Positions 36,366 to 45,814 of a stretch of 50,963 bases of DNA are shown in pieces. The stretch is from a virus (taxonomy: Duplodnaviria; Caudoviricetes), in IMG/VR virus record IMGVR_UViG_3300025520_000101, positions 1 through 50,963 of that record; one strand, 5' to 3'. Each line of letters begins with the position of its first letter. Position 1 is the first letter of the stretch. Below the pieces are notes generated by a model, which did no database searches, was not told the origin of the DNA, and was given only the letters and a program-made list of their open reading frames with translations. The position numbers and the translations under genes are program-made.

Positions 36366-38006
36366 TTAATAATCATTCGATTCGTATTTACTCCACGAAC
36401 GACCAAATAATTCATTTCCGTCCGATAAGCGTAAGATTGCTGTCTCTTCTAAGATTTTATGAGCCTTTGTAGTTGTAGAGTCAGCTTTATCAAATGCAAT
36501 AAAAACCTGACGTCTACTGGTCTGATAACGTTCCAATATGCGTTCCAGATGAACATCCTCGATACGCTTTAAAATATTTGAATCATGGATAAGTGCAGGG
36601 ATTGGACGTAATTCAAGTATGCTTAAATCGTACACAACAAGGCTCTTGTATGCTGTTCCCTCACTTGTATTGCTAGGTGTTTCAAAGACGATCTCCTTTT
36701 GAGGAGTGATATACAAAAGAGGGGCAGTTTCCTGTTCCTCAGTTACTACACCGTTAATTTTATTCATGCGCAGATTTATGTCATCTTGTATTTCATCCAA
36801 TTTTTCAGTTTGTTGCTGCAACAGTTTTTCAAGTATTTGTTCTGCATCAGCTCGTGCATCCTGAAGCTCTTTTTGATGAATCAATTCCGCTGTTTCTTCC
36901 TCAAGCTTATCAATACTTTTAGACACATTAACACACTGAGATAGTACTCTCTCAGACATCTCTTTTGCAAGACCAGACTCTTCAATTTTTCGATTAAGTC
37001 GCATAATCTCTTGATCATACTGATTGATTAACGGTTGTAATCGTTCGATTTCCTGATTCATTTCTTCGCCAAGGATTTCCCTAATTTTCTTATGAAAATA
37101 TTCAATCTCTTCAAAAGCTTTTATATTAGTGTTTGGGAAAAAATGTACCAAGGAATCAAATTCACTTGCGGTGTCTACTTTGTTATCAGCAATATTGCTC
37201 TTTATAGCATTAAGTTGTGATTGGAGGCGATTACGCTTGCGAACAAAGCTATTTAATTCTTTTTGAATTGCTGTTATTCTCTCAAACGCCTGAGTGTCAA
37301 ATCCAAACAAGGCTAATTGAGCTTCTTCACTATTTTTCATTAGCTTTTGAAGTCTATTCCTCAACGACTCTATTGTTTTTTGGTTACTCTCAATTTTCTC
37401 TATGTCAACCTTTTGGCGCTGGCGAGATTTAAGTTGTGAAGACTTAATTCCGAGTTCTTCCTCCATACTTCTTATAGAAGCAAGAATTCTATAGTGCCCG
37501 AATAGCTTTAATAGAAAATCTACAGCCTTTTCATCCTGTTCACGAGGTTTTACAAGCAACGGATACTTTTCAAGTGTATTTTCACGGCCATAGATACGGA
37601 AAAAACGCTCGGTTATTTCTGAAAATGCAAGGGAAGGAATCCCAATTTTATATTCCTGAAACAGAAATTTCCGAAAATCTTCTAGCGATAATTTTGTAAT
37701 GAAATGGCCCTCTTCATCACTCCGATATACATTTTTAGGATCATCCGTACTTCTATAGAAATAGTATGGTTGTTCATCAAACTCGAAAGTGAAATAGATG
37801 ATATGCGAACCTATTTCCTTTTTTATATCATCAGTTAGGGAGTAGTAGCTTTCACCGCCGAATACATAATCTATAATCCATAGAAATGTTGATTTTCCGA
37901 TTGCATTACTACCACCTGCACTACCTAAAACTGTATTTAGACCAGAGTTAAACCGGATAACTCGATGATCCGGTGCAAATTTATCACACTGAATTTCCTT
38001 TAACAT
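36366..38006 (-). CDS. ABC-three-component (Lamassu-like) SMC-type ABC ATPase, DUF2326-like
   Basis: FNSGLNTVLG...SNAIGKST, long coiled coil, TSEGTAYK, LIHDS, QVFIAFDK. Confidence 0.85.
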   Translation of the reverse strand: MLKEIQCDKFAPDHRVIRFNSGLNTVLGSAGGSNAIGKSTFLWIIDYVFGGESYYSLTDDIKKEIGSHIIYFTFEFDEQPYYFYRSTDDPKNVYRSDEEGHFITKLSLEDFRKFLFQEYKIGIPSLAFSEITERFFRIYGRENTLEKYPLLVKPREQDEKAVDFLLKLFGHYRILASIRSMEEELGIKSSQLKSRQRQKVDIEKIESNQKTIESLRNRLQKLMKNSEEAQLALFGFDTQAFERITAIQKELNSFVRKRNRLQSQLNAIKSNIADNKVDTASEFDSLVHFFPNTNIKAFEEIEYFHKKIREILGEEMNQEIERLQPLINQYDQEIMRLNRKIEESGLAKEMSERVLSQCVNVSKSIDKLEEETAELIHQKELQDARADAEQILEKLLQQQTEKLDEIQDDINLRMNKINGVVTEEQETAPLLYITPQKEIVFETPSNTSEGTAYKSLVVYDLSILELRPIPALIHDSNILKRIEDVHLERILERYQTSRRQVFIAFDKADSTTTKAHKILEETAILRLSDGNELFGRSWSKYESNDY

Positions 38007-38223
38007 AGCGAAGCACCCTCCCTTCCTCAATTAATTCAATTTTACCTAATGCAAACAAACAGTTTAAAGCACTTAGAAAATCAGCTAAGTCCTTTTTACG
38101 AGAAGCTGTTATTTCAAACAACTCTTTAGGGGACATGTCCTGCTGCGTTAATGCCTCTAAGATATCCGGAAAAAGAGCAATAACGCTATTAGTATAGGGA
38201 ATTACTTTATTTGGTAACCTCAT
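37984..38223 (-). CDS. ABC-three-component middle component (LmuC-like)
   Basis: MRLPNKVI..SVI...FLSALNCLFALGKIEL; overlaps both neighbours. Confidence 0.8.
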   Translation of the reverse strand: MRLPNKVIPYTNSVIALFPDILEALTQQDMSPKELFEITASRKKDLADFLSALNCLFALGKIELIEEGRVLRYVKGNSV

Positions 38224-39445
38224 CGAACACCTCACACCTTTGTACGAAGTAGGAGATTATAATCTCACACGCTCCTCTATATTTGCGGCCTGTCTTTTCA
38301 AACAATGTTTCAACAAGCAGATAGTAAATTTCGCTTTGTGATATATGTGATTCACTTGCATCTTCATACATCCGTCTAATGCTTTTAGCAAACCTATCAA
38401 CGTTTAATCTGTTTTCACCAGCTAGCCGATATAATGAATCGTTTACCCCCTCATATAACTGCCTGACATCAAACAGCACCCGATCCTTCAACCGCTTTTC
38501 GGTAATTTTATTCTCAACCTTAACAGGCTTGATTTTTAGCTGTGTATCATCGGTAACATCCATTAAATCTACTTCCCGAAGTACTTGTTCAATTTGTTTT
38601 TCTAGTGTATATCGCGAAGTAGCATCCCTTGCTATCATAAGATTTTCCAGGTCACGCTTGTCCGAAAGCAAAGCCAATTTCTCTTCTTCGGAGGCACTCT
38701 GGATTTCGCGTTCACACTCAACACACAGAAGCACTTCATCCGTTTCTGAAAGGCGAACGACTTTAGCGTAGTTAATGTCATTGCCTTCTTTTTTAATACC
38801 TAAAACTCTTCCGCACTTTTGGCATTTGCCCCCTGTTTCTGCAAGCAACACGAGAGAGTGGGCGTCAATCGCAATTTCGTAAGCAGTCTCTGGAATCAAA
38901 TTACTATATGCCGTAATGAAGCTTATGTCTAATTTTTTATCTTCAAAGGAATGTATGTACTCATCTGTTATCTCACTAACACTGCCTTCGCAATTTCGAT
39001 TTTCGACGTAAAGCACTGTATAAAGTAGGATTCCTGCAAGGAAGTCCTCCAATACAAAGGAATTACGCTTTATGATATCTTCCTTTGTCATGCGGTTTAC
39101 TATTTCAACAATTGTATCAGGCTCGATAGAGTTATCAGATGCAATAATGTCTTTTAGGGCTAAAACGATTAGGCTTCTCTTATTACTATTCAACATCTGG
39201 AGAATGTTTTGCTTAAAGTAATCTGAAATATCATGAGGATCTACATCAGGAGCTGTTTCAGTTACTATTGGGGATAAATTTTTTTTGCCTAGTATTAAAT
39301 CTGAAACGGTACCATCTTCACCACTAATATCATAAGTGGGCGCAATAGAAAGAAGCATGGTACCACACAATCGTTTTTGTGTAACTCTTTTAGCCATGCA
39401 TTTCTTTAAAATTGTTGCAAAAGTACCAAAGCATAACTTTTTCAT
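38207..39445 (-). CDS. ABC-three-component effector-position protein: N-terminal HTH-like domain, degenerate HNH-type Zn finger, conserved CTD
   Basis: C-terminal ACEIIISYFVQRCEVF; CQKC...CVEC without His. Confidence 0.75.
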   Translation of the reverse strand: MKKLCFGTFATILKKCMAKRVTQKRLCGTMLLSIAPTYDISGEDGTVSDLILGKKNLSPIVTETAPDVDPHDISDYFKQNILQMLNSNKRSLIVLALKDIIASDNSIEPDTIVEIVNRMTKEDIIKRNSFVLEDFLAGILLYTVLYVENRNCEGSVSEITDEYIHSFEDKKLDISFITAYSNLIPETAYEIAIDAHSLVLLAETGGKCQKCGRVLGIKKEGNDINYAKVVRLSETDEVLLCVECEREIQSASEEEKLALLSDKRDLENLMIARDATSRYTLEKQIEQVLREVDLMDVTDDTQLKIKPVKVENKITEKRLKDRVLFDVRQLYEGVNDSLYRLAGENRLNVDRFAKSIRRMYEDASESHISQSEIYYLLVETLFEKTGRKYRGACEIIISYFVQRCEVFDEVTK

Positions 39446-39468
39446 ACATTGCGCCCCCTTCAATAATT

Positions 39469-39687
39469 TTATTTCTTCGGAGTATCATCATCGATGTAGT
39501 CAACGATATCGCCTATGTTAACTTCAAGAGCTTTACAGATTCTTCCTAACACATCCATGCTTACCGGTAAATCTTTACCCATTTTTGCTAACGTTGTTGA
39601 AGTTAAATTTGTTCTTTCCATTAAATCCTTTTTCAACATCTTTTTATCAATTAAAAGCTTCCATAGTTTATTATAACTAAATGCCAT
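39469..39687 (-). CDS. XRE/Cro-like HTH regulator
   Basis: SYNKLWKLLID...VSMDVLGRICKALEVNIGDIV. Confidence 0.9.
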   Translation of the reverse strand: MAFSYNKLWKLLIDKKMLKKDLMERTNLTSTTLAKMGKDLPVSMDVLGRICKALEVNIGDIVDYIDDDTPKK

Positions 39688-39842
39688 TTTTAACGCCCTC
39701 CAAGCACTATTGGATGGTTTTTATTGATGCGTATTTACTAATTATAGCAATTTACTAAGCGAATTTCAATCAATAATCTAAAAATACTAAGTATTTCTTT
39801 ACAAATGCTTAGTTTTTTTGTCGTGATGTAAAAAAAGAATTT

Positions 39843-39886
39843 GCGGAGTATCAGCGGAGTGTCAGCAGAGTGCCAGCTGAGGATTT
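39843..39886 (+). repeat. 11-bp tandem repeats in the divergent control region
   Basis: GCGGAGTATCA GCGGAGTGTCA GCAGAGTGCCA GCTGAG. Confidence 0.8.
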
Positions 39887-40006
39887 AAGACGCCCAAATT
39901 ATTAGAATTTAAATAGATGGTAAGACAAGCTTACTTTAGCAAATAGAAAAACTTGACCGCTTACCAGCTACAAAAAAAATATATCAAATGCCTGATTTGC
40001 AATAAG

Positions 40007-40181
40007 GGCAAAGGATACATATTGCAACGTTTCAGTCCGTTTAGGATTGTTATGCGTTGCAATAGAAGTACCTTACCTTGTTGCGATCATTTTCAGGATA
40101 TAAGGGTCTGTGTACTTCTAGTACAGGCCTATTTTTGTATCCTTTGCCGCCAGTGCAATCCGGCGGAAAGGATGCAAAATG
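40007..40181 (+). promoter_or_regulatory. Structured leader with alternative SD-sequestering pairings
   Basis: 40136-40148 is the perfect complement of 40007-40019 and also pairs with 40162-40176, which contains the SD. Confidence 0.6.
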
Positions 40182-40712
40182 AAAATTAGAATTCTGTATG
40201 ACAACAAACCTACCTATCTGGAGGTGCCAGACGAGGACTGCACTGTAATGATTGATGCGGATTATGAAGACAGGCTATCTTCTGCTGAAGATAAAGAAAC
40301 TGTAACTCGACGATCTGTCCAAGAAATTATAGATGAGCGGTTCAATAAGCCGGAATATAACAACTGGCATAAATTTGATAGACACAGGGGCATGCCCAAG
40401 AAGCCATTTCGCAAGGATGACGAGGCTGAAGATGAAATCGATCATATGGACTATTTTCCTGATAACTCAGATGAAGAGGCTCGGGAGAAGCAGGCAGAGT
40501 ATGAATATATCTGTGAAATTATTCGCAAGAATCTCAAAGAAAAACAGGCAGAACTTCTCATAGCTATCGTCATGGATGGCATTTCTGTAACAGAATATGC
40601 AAGGCGTGAAGGGGTTACAGTAGGTGCCATTTCACATCGCATGGAAACTGCAATGAAAAATTTCAAAAAAGTTTTTCCTAAATCCTCAACTTTCCCCTCT
40701 TCTCAAGGCTAA
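40179..40712 (+). CDS. Sigma-70 region-4-like activator
   Basis: LKEKQAELLIAIVMDGISVTEYARREGVTVGAISHRMETAMKNF. Confidence 0.8.
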   Translation: MKIRILYDNKPTYLEVPDEDCTVMIDADYEDRLSSAEDKETVTRRSVQEIIDERFNKPEYNNWHKFDRHRGMPKKPFRKDDEAEDEIDHMDYFPDNSDEEAREKQAEYEYICEIIRKNLKEKQAELLIAIVMDGISVTEYARREGVTVGAISHRMETAMKNFKKVFPKSSTFPSSQG

Positions 40713-40722
40713 AAGGTAGAGG
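40680..40722 (+). promoter_or_regulatory. Bipartite motif copy 1 (TCCTCAAC-N16-GGCTA-N2-AGGTAGAGG)
   Basis: Repeated with identical spacing at 44983-45025. Confidence 0.65.
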
Positions 40723-40758
40723 GCAGTACATAAACGCTCTCGGAAAGAGGTGAAGAAC

Positions 40759-40977
40759 ATGAAACACAATTTGAAAATCAGTGTTTCAAAACATCCACAG
40801 TCTGGCGGGATTGTTTCCTGTCGTAATGTCACCATTAGGGAGCGTTTCCTTCGTTTCTTACTTGGTGATAAGCAGAAACTGACTATCCTTGTTCCAGGTG
40901 ATACCGTACAGGAACTCGCTATCTGTGAGATTAAGGAGGGAGGAATAAGTCATGAGCAAAATCAAGTTACTCCTTGA
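40759..40977 (+). CDS. Hypothetical phage protein
   Basis: SD GAGGTG; operonic. Confidence 0.7.
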   Translation: MKHNLKISVSKHPQSGGIVSCRNVTIRERFLRFLLGDKQKLTILVPGDTVQELAICEIKEGGISHEQNQVTP

Positions 40978-41275
40978 TGTGGTTTCTGATATGCGTTCTT
41001 TGGCAGACAGCATACAGGCGGTTGCAGAAGTAATGGCGGGCAATGAACCTGTCGAAACAAAAGAACCGACTACAACTGTAAAAGAGCCTAAACCAAAGAA
41101 AAAAGAAATCACATTGGAGGAAGTCAGAGCGAAACTCGCTGAAAAGAGTCAAGCCGGTCTTACTGCTGAAGTGAGGGAGATTATAAAAAAATATGGCGGC
41201 TCTAAATTAAGTGAAGTTGATTCAAAACATTATGCAAATATGCTGAAGGACGTGGAGGTACTTGGCAATGAGTGA
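40952..41275 (+). CDS. Conserved phage protein preceding DUF2800
   Basis: ITLEEVRAKLAEKS..EVREIIKKYGGSKLSEV. Confidence 0.75.
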   Translation: MSKIKLLLDVVSDMRSLADSIQAVAEVMAGNEPVETKEPTTTVKEPKPKKKEITLEEVRAKLAEKSQAGLTAEVREIIKKYGGSKLSEVDSKHYANMLKDVEVLGNE

Positions 41276-42416
41276 TCACGCAGTACTTTCCGCATCTGGG
41301 TCGCATAGGTGGCTTCACTGTCTTCCGTCTGCAAGATTGGAACTGGAGTTTGTAAATAACGAATCCAATGCAGCAGCCGAAGGTACCGCCGCCCATGCTC
41401 TTTGTGAACATAAACTTAAAAAAGCACTTCATATGAGAAGTAAGCGTCCTATCTCGGATTATAACACCGATGAGATGGAAGAACACAGTGATGCTTATGT
41501 GGAATTTGTAATGGAGCAGCTTGAAATAGCGAAGCAAAGCTGTACGGACCCGCTGGTACTTATTGAACAACGTCTTGATTTTTCTTGCTATGTGCCGGAG
41601 GGATTCGGAACGGGTGACTGCATCATCATTGCCGATAAAGGGCTTCATATTATCGATTTTAAATATGGCATGGGGGTGCTCGTAGATGTGGTGGATAACC
41701 CGCAGATGAAACTGTATGCACTTGGAGCTTTGGAAATCTACGATAGACTATATGACATTGAGGAGGTTTCCATGACCATCTTCCAACCACGTAGGGAGAA
41801 TGTCAGCACATGGACTATATCCGTAAAGGAATTAAAAGACTGGGCAGAAAATGAACTAAAACCAAAGGCATTGATGGCCTATGACGGTGAAGGTGAATAT
41901 CTTCCAGGTGAGTGGTGTACTTTCTGCCGAGCTGCTGTTAAATGCCGTGCAAGAGCAGAAGAAAAGCTGAAACTGGCACAGTCGGAGTTTAAATTACCAC
42001 CTCTACTTACGGACGCTGAAATTGAGGAAGTCCTTGCTAAATTGACAGACCTTACGAAGTGGGCAAACGAAATCATTTCTTATGCCACGGATGCTGCAGT
42101 CAATCACGGTAAAGAGTGGCATGGGTTTAAGATAGTTGAGGGTAGGTCTGTCCGTAAATATAAAGATGAAGATGCTGTGGCTGAAGCAGTCAAGGCAAAT
42201 GGCTATAAGGATATCTACCGTCAGAGTCTCATTACATTAACAGAAATGCAGAAGTTAATGGGTAAGGCAAAATTTGAGGAAATTCTCGGTGGCCTCATAC
42301 ATAAACCACCGGGCAAACCGACGCTAGTCCCACTTTCAGATAAGCGTCCGGTTATGAATGTATCAAACGTAAAAAACGAATTTAACGAAATAACGGAGGT
42401 ATTGGAATATGAATAA
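41268..42416 (+). CDS. DUF2800 family PD-(D/E)XK (Cas4-like) nuclease
   Basis: HAVLSASGSHRW..C, EGTAAH, GTGDC, IIDFKYG, QMKLYALG, WCTFC....C. Confidence 0.9.
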   Translation: MSDHAVLSASGSHRWLHCLPSARLELEFVNNESNAAAEGTAAHALCEHKLKKALHMRSKRPISDYNTDEMEEHSDAYVEFVMEQLEIAKQSCTDPLVLIEQRLDFSCYVPEGFGTGDCIIIADKGLHIIDFKYGMGVLVDVVDNPQMKLYALGALEIYDRLYDIEEVSMTIFQPRRENVSTWTISVKELKDWAENELKPKALMAYDGEGEYLPGEWCTFCRAAVKCRARAEEKLKLAQSEFKLPPLLTDAEIEEVLAKLTDLTKWANEIISYATDAAVNHGKEWHGFKIVEGRSVRKYKDEDAVAEAVKANGYKDIYRQSLITLTEMQKLMGKAKFEEILGGLIHKPPGKPTLVPLSDKRPVMNVSNVKNEFNEITEVLEYE

Positions 42417-42957
42417 TCAAAACAGAACTAAGGTTGTTACAAGTGTAAATACAAGGCTAAGCTATTTTCATGGCTGGGAACCGGTATCCATCAATGGCGG
42501 AGCGGAAAAGTACAGCGTTTCAGTACTGATTCCCAAGACAGATAAGGAAACCATCAATGCAATTAATGCAGCAGTAGATGCAGCTATTGAAGAGGGCATT
42601 GCAAAGTTTGGAGGTAAGAAACCGAATAAGGCTGCCATCAAGTTGCCGCTTAGGGATGGGGACGTGGAGCGTGACGACGAGGCTTACAAAGGTCATTATT
42701 TCGTAAATGCCAACAGCAATACTCCACCTCAGATTGTAGACAAAGCGGTCAGACCTATTCTAGATCGTAATGAGGTGTACAGCGGTTGCTATGCGAGAGT
42801 ATCCCTTAATTTCTATGCTTTCAACTCAAATGGAAATAAGGGCGTAGCCTGTGGACTTGGCAATATCCAGAAGGTAAGGGACGGAGAGCCTTTAGGTGGC
42901 AGAACTAATGCTGCGGATGATTTCACCACTGTTGAAGATGATGATTTCCTGGCATAA
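42409..42957 (+). CDS. DUF2815 family phage ssDNA-binding protein
   Basis: KYSVSVLIPK, LPLRDGD, YSGCY, GLGNIQKVRDGEPLGG, acidic tail. Confidence 0.9.
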   Translation: MNNQNRTKVVTSVNTRLSYFHGWEPVSINGGAEKYSVSVLIPKTDKETINAINAAVDAAIEEGIAKFGGKKPNKAAIKLPLRDGDVERDDEAYKGHYFVNANSNTPPQIVDKAVRPILDRNEVYSGCYARVSLNFYAFNSNGNKGVACGLGNIQKVRDGEPLGGRTNAADDFTTVEDDDFLA

Positions 42958-42971
42958 CAGATAAATAATTA

Positions 42972-43013
42972 GACAGACGAGGTGGCGGAGGAAGTTCTTC
43001 TGCCACTTTGTTT
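42972..43013 (+). terminator. Hairpin between SSB and polymerase genes
   Basis: GAGGTGGCGGAGGA...TCTTCTGCCACTTT. Confidence 0.5.
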
Positions 43014-43035
43014 GTATTCGAAAGGACGGTAATAT

Positions 43036-44970
43036 ATGAATTCTATTTCTGTTGACATAGAGACGTTTTCGAGTGTCAATCTTCAAAAATGCGGAGTTTA
43101 CCGTTATGTCGAGAGTGATGATTTTGAAATTCTGCTGTTTGGCTATTCCATTGACAATGGCGAAGTACAGGTTATTGATCTTGCCTGTGGAGAGGAAATC
43201 CCGGAGGAGATTATCAATGCCCTCATGGATAATTCCGTAACCAAGTGGGCTTTTAATGCAATGTTCGAGCGTGTTTGTATATCGAAATGGCTTAATCTTT
43301 CAGAATATCTTGACCCTGTATCATGGAAGTGCTCCATGATATGGTCGGCATATATGGGACTTCCTCTTTCTCTAGAAGGTGTCGGTGCTGTTTTAGGATT
43401 GGAAAAACAAAAGCTAACTGAGGGTAAAGACTTAATCAGATACTTTTGTACACCTTGCACTCCTACAAAATCAAATGGGGGTCGAGTACGAAATCTGCCG
43501 GAACATGATTTGGATAAATGGGAGCGTTTTAAAGCCTATAACCTTCGTGACGTGGAAGCCGAGATGTCTATAAAGCAGAGATTATCCAAGTTTCAGATGC
43601 CAGAGAATATATGGGCGGAATATCATCTTGACCAGGAAATCAATGATCGTGGCATTGCCATTGATATGACCTTTGTCAAACAGGCTGTCGCAATAGATGA
43701 ACATACCCGTGAAAAGCTAACTGCTCTTATGCAGGACATGACTAATCTAGAGAATCCAAACTCGGTGCAACAAATGAAAGGTTGGCTTTCAGAGAATGGG
43801 TTAGAAACAGATACCCTTGGTAAAAAAGCAGTTTCAGAGATGTTAAAGACAGCACCTGAACCACTAGGCACTGTTTTGGAGCTTCGTCAGCAGCTTGCTA
43901 AATCATCTGTGAAGAAATACACAGCAATGGAAAATGCGGTATGCCATGACGGTCGTGCTAGAGGGATGTTTCAATTTTACGGAGCCAACAGAACGGGCAG
44001 GTTTTCTGGGCGGCTGATTCAATTGCAGAATCTCCCTCAAAACCATATGCCTGATTTGGAACAGGCCCGTGCTTTAGTTCGTAGTGGAAACTTTGATGCC
44101 CTCACTCTGCTCTATGATTCCGTACCTGAGGTCTTATCGGAACTTATCCGTACTGCTTTTATACCCCGTGATGGAATGAAGTTTATCGTTGCAGACTTCT
44201 CAGCGATTGAGGCTCGTGTCATTGCCTGGCTTGCAGGTGAGAAATGGAGAACAGAGGTATTCCAAAAGGGTGGTGACATCTACTGTGCCAGTGCCTCTCA
44301 GATGTTTAATGTACCTGTTGAAAAACACGGTGTGAACGGACATCTTCGTCAAAAAGGCAAAATAGCCGAACTTGCACTCGGCTATGGTGGGTCTGTTGGA
44401 GCATTAAAATCGATGGGTGCTTTAGAGATGGGAATTGAAGAAGAAGAACTTCAGCCTCTTGTAAATGCTTGGAGACAGTCCAACCCCAATATCACAAAAC
44501 TTTGGTGGGATGTTGACCGTGCGGTAAAAACCTGTGTTAAGCAGAAAACTCCCACAGAGACACACGGCATTCAATTTATATATCAAAGTGGAATGCTCTT
44601 TATTGTTCTTCCTTCCGGTAGACGGCTTGCCTATGTAAAACCTCGTATGGGAGAGAATGTTTTTGGCGGTGAGTCGGTTACTTATGAAGGTGTCGGCGGA
44701 ACGAAAAAATGGGAAAGAATCGAAAGCTACGGACCCAAATTTGTAGAGAATATTGTTCAGGCAATCAGCCGTGACATTTTGTGCTACGCCATGCAGACAT
44801 TAAAGAATTGTTCTATTGTGGCTCATGTACATGATGAAATTATTATCGAAGCAGATATGAGAATGTCACTTCCTACCGTTTGTGAACAGATGGGACGAAC
44901 ACCAAGCTGGGCAAAAGGTCTGTTACTTAGTGCCGATGGCTATGAGTGTCAGTTTTATCAAAAAGATTAA
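43036..44970 (+). CDS. Phage family-A DNA polymerase with 3'-5' exonuclease domain
   Basis: DIET, FNAMFER, RTGRFSG, ADFSAIEAR, RQKGKIAELALGYG, HVHDE. Confidence 0.95.
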   Translation: MNSISVDIETFSSVNLQKCGVYRYVESDDFEILLFGYSIDNGEVQVIDLACGEEIPEEIINALMDNSVTKWAFNAMFERVCISKWLNLSEYLDPVSWKCSMIWSAYMGLPLSLEGVGAVLGLEKQKLTEGKDLIRYFCTPCTPTKSNGGRVRNLPEHDLDKWERFKAYNLRDVEAEMSIKQRLSKFQMPENIWAEYHLDQEINDRGIAIDMTFVKQAVAIDEHTREKLTALMQDMTNLENPNSVQQMKGWLSENGLETDTLGKKAVSEMLKTAPEPLGTVLELRQQLAKSSVKKYTAMENAVCHDGRARGMFQFYGANRTGRFSGRLIQLQNLPQNHMPDLEQARALVRSGNFDALTLLYDSVPEVLSELIRTAFIPRDGMKFIVADFSAIEARVIAWLAGEKWRTEVFQKGGDIYCASASQMFNVPVEKHGVNGHLRQKGKIAELALGYGGSVGALKSMGALEMGIEEEELQPLVNAWRQSNPNITKLWWDVDRAVKTCVKQKTPTETHGIQFIYQSGMLFIVLPSGRRLAYVKPRMGENVFGGESVTYEGVGGTKKWERIESYGPKFVENIVQAISRDILCYAMQTLKNCSIVAHVHDEIIIEADMRMSLPTVCEQMGRTPSWAKGLLLSADGYECQFYQKD

Positions 44971-44982
44971 ATTAATTTTTCA

Positions 44983-45025
44983 AAATCCTCAACATTCATT
45001 ACCTCCTGTGGCTATTAGGTAGAGG
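44983..45025 (+). promoter_or_regulatory. Bipartite motif copy 2
   Basis: TCCTCAAC-N16-GGCTATTAGGTAGAGG upstream of the antirepressor gene. Confidence 0.65.
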
Positions 45026-45061
45026 AACTTTCCTCTGACTAAATTACAGGAGGTAATTCGT

Positions 45062-45814
45062 ATGGACGAATTAGTAAGAATCAACTATGAAAATCATCGA
45101 CCAACCGTACTCGGTCGTGATTTACATGAAGCCTTGGAAGTCAAGACAGCGTATAAGGACTGGTTTCCAAGAATGTGTGAGTATGGATTTGAGGAAGGGT
45201 CAGACTTTAGCTCATTTTTGAGCGAAAGTACTGGAGGCAGACCAAGCGTAGATCATCAGCTTACCATCGACATGGCAAAAGAGCTATGCATGATACAGCG
45301 TACTCCAAAAGGAAAGCAGTGCCGCCAATACTTCCTTGATATTGAGAGGAAGTGGAATTCACCAGAGGCAATCATGGCAAGGGCACTACAGTTAGCCAAT
45401 CAACAGCTAACTCAAATAAGACATCAAAATAAACTGCTTGAAGGTACGATTGCTGTTCAGAATCAACAGATTACAGAAATGAAACCGAAGGTGTCCTATT
45501 ATGATGTGGTTCTAAATTGTAAAGACCTTATTTCCACATCGGCAATTGCTAAGGATTATGGCAAGTCTGCTATATGGATGAACCGTTATCTTCATGATAA
45601 AGGCATCCAGTTCAAGCAGGGTGACATCTGGCTTTTATATCAGAAGTATGCGGAGAAAGGCTACACCAGTACCAAAACACATAGCTACCTTGGCAGTAAA
45701 GGAGAACAACATACAAAGGTTCATACTTACTGGACACAAAAAGGCAGACTCTTCATTTATGAACTTATGAAGGCAGACGGTATCTTACCACAGATAGAAA
45801 TGGAGGGTGCGTAA
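45062..45814 (+). CDS. Phage antirepressor (AntA/AntB plus KilA-C)
   Basis: GRDLHEALEVKTAYKDWF, TIDMAKELCM, MKPKVSYYD, WTQKGR. Confidence 0.9.
   Translation: MDELVRINYENHRPTVLGRDLHEALEVKTAYKDWFPRMCEYGFEEGSDFSSFLSESTGGRPSVDHQLTIDMAKELCMIQRTPKGKQCRQYFLDIERKWNSPEAIMARALQLANQQLTQIRHQNKLLEGTIAVQNQQITEMKPKVSYYDVVLNCKDLISTSAIAKDYGKSAIWMNRYLHDKGIQFKQGDIWLLYQKYAEKGYTSTKTHSYLGSKGEQHTKVHTYWTQKGRLFIYELMKADGILPQIEMEGA

Noticed and set aside
39380-40308. TGTAACTC at 39380 and 40301 as more 65-bp units
   Set aside because: Both are inside CDSs of the right element and lack a partner GAGTYACA.
41268-42416. Cas4-like nuclease suggesting CRISPR-Cas
   Set aside because: DUF2800 in its usual phage replication context; no cas genes or repeat-spacer array seen.
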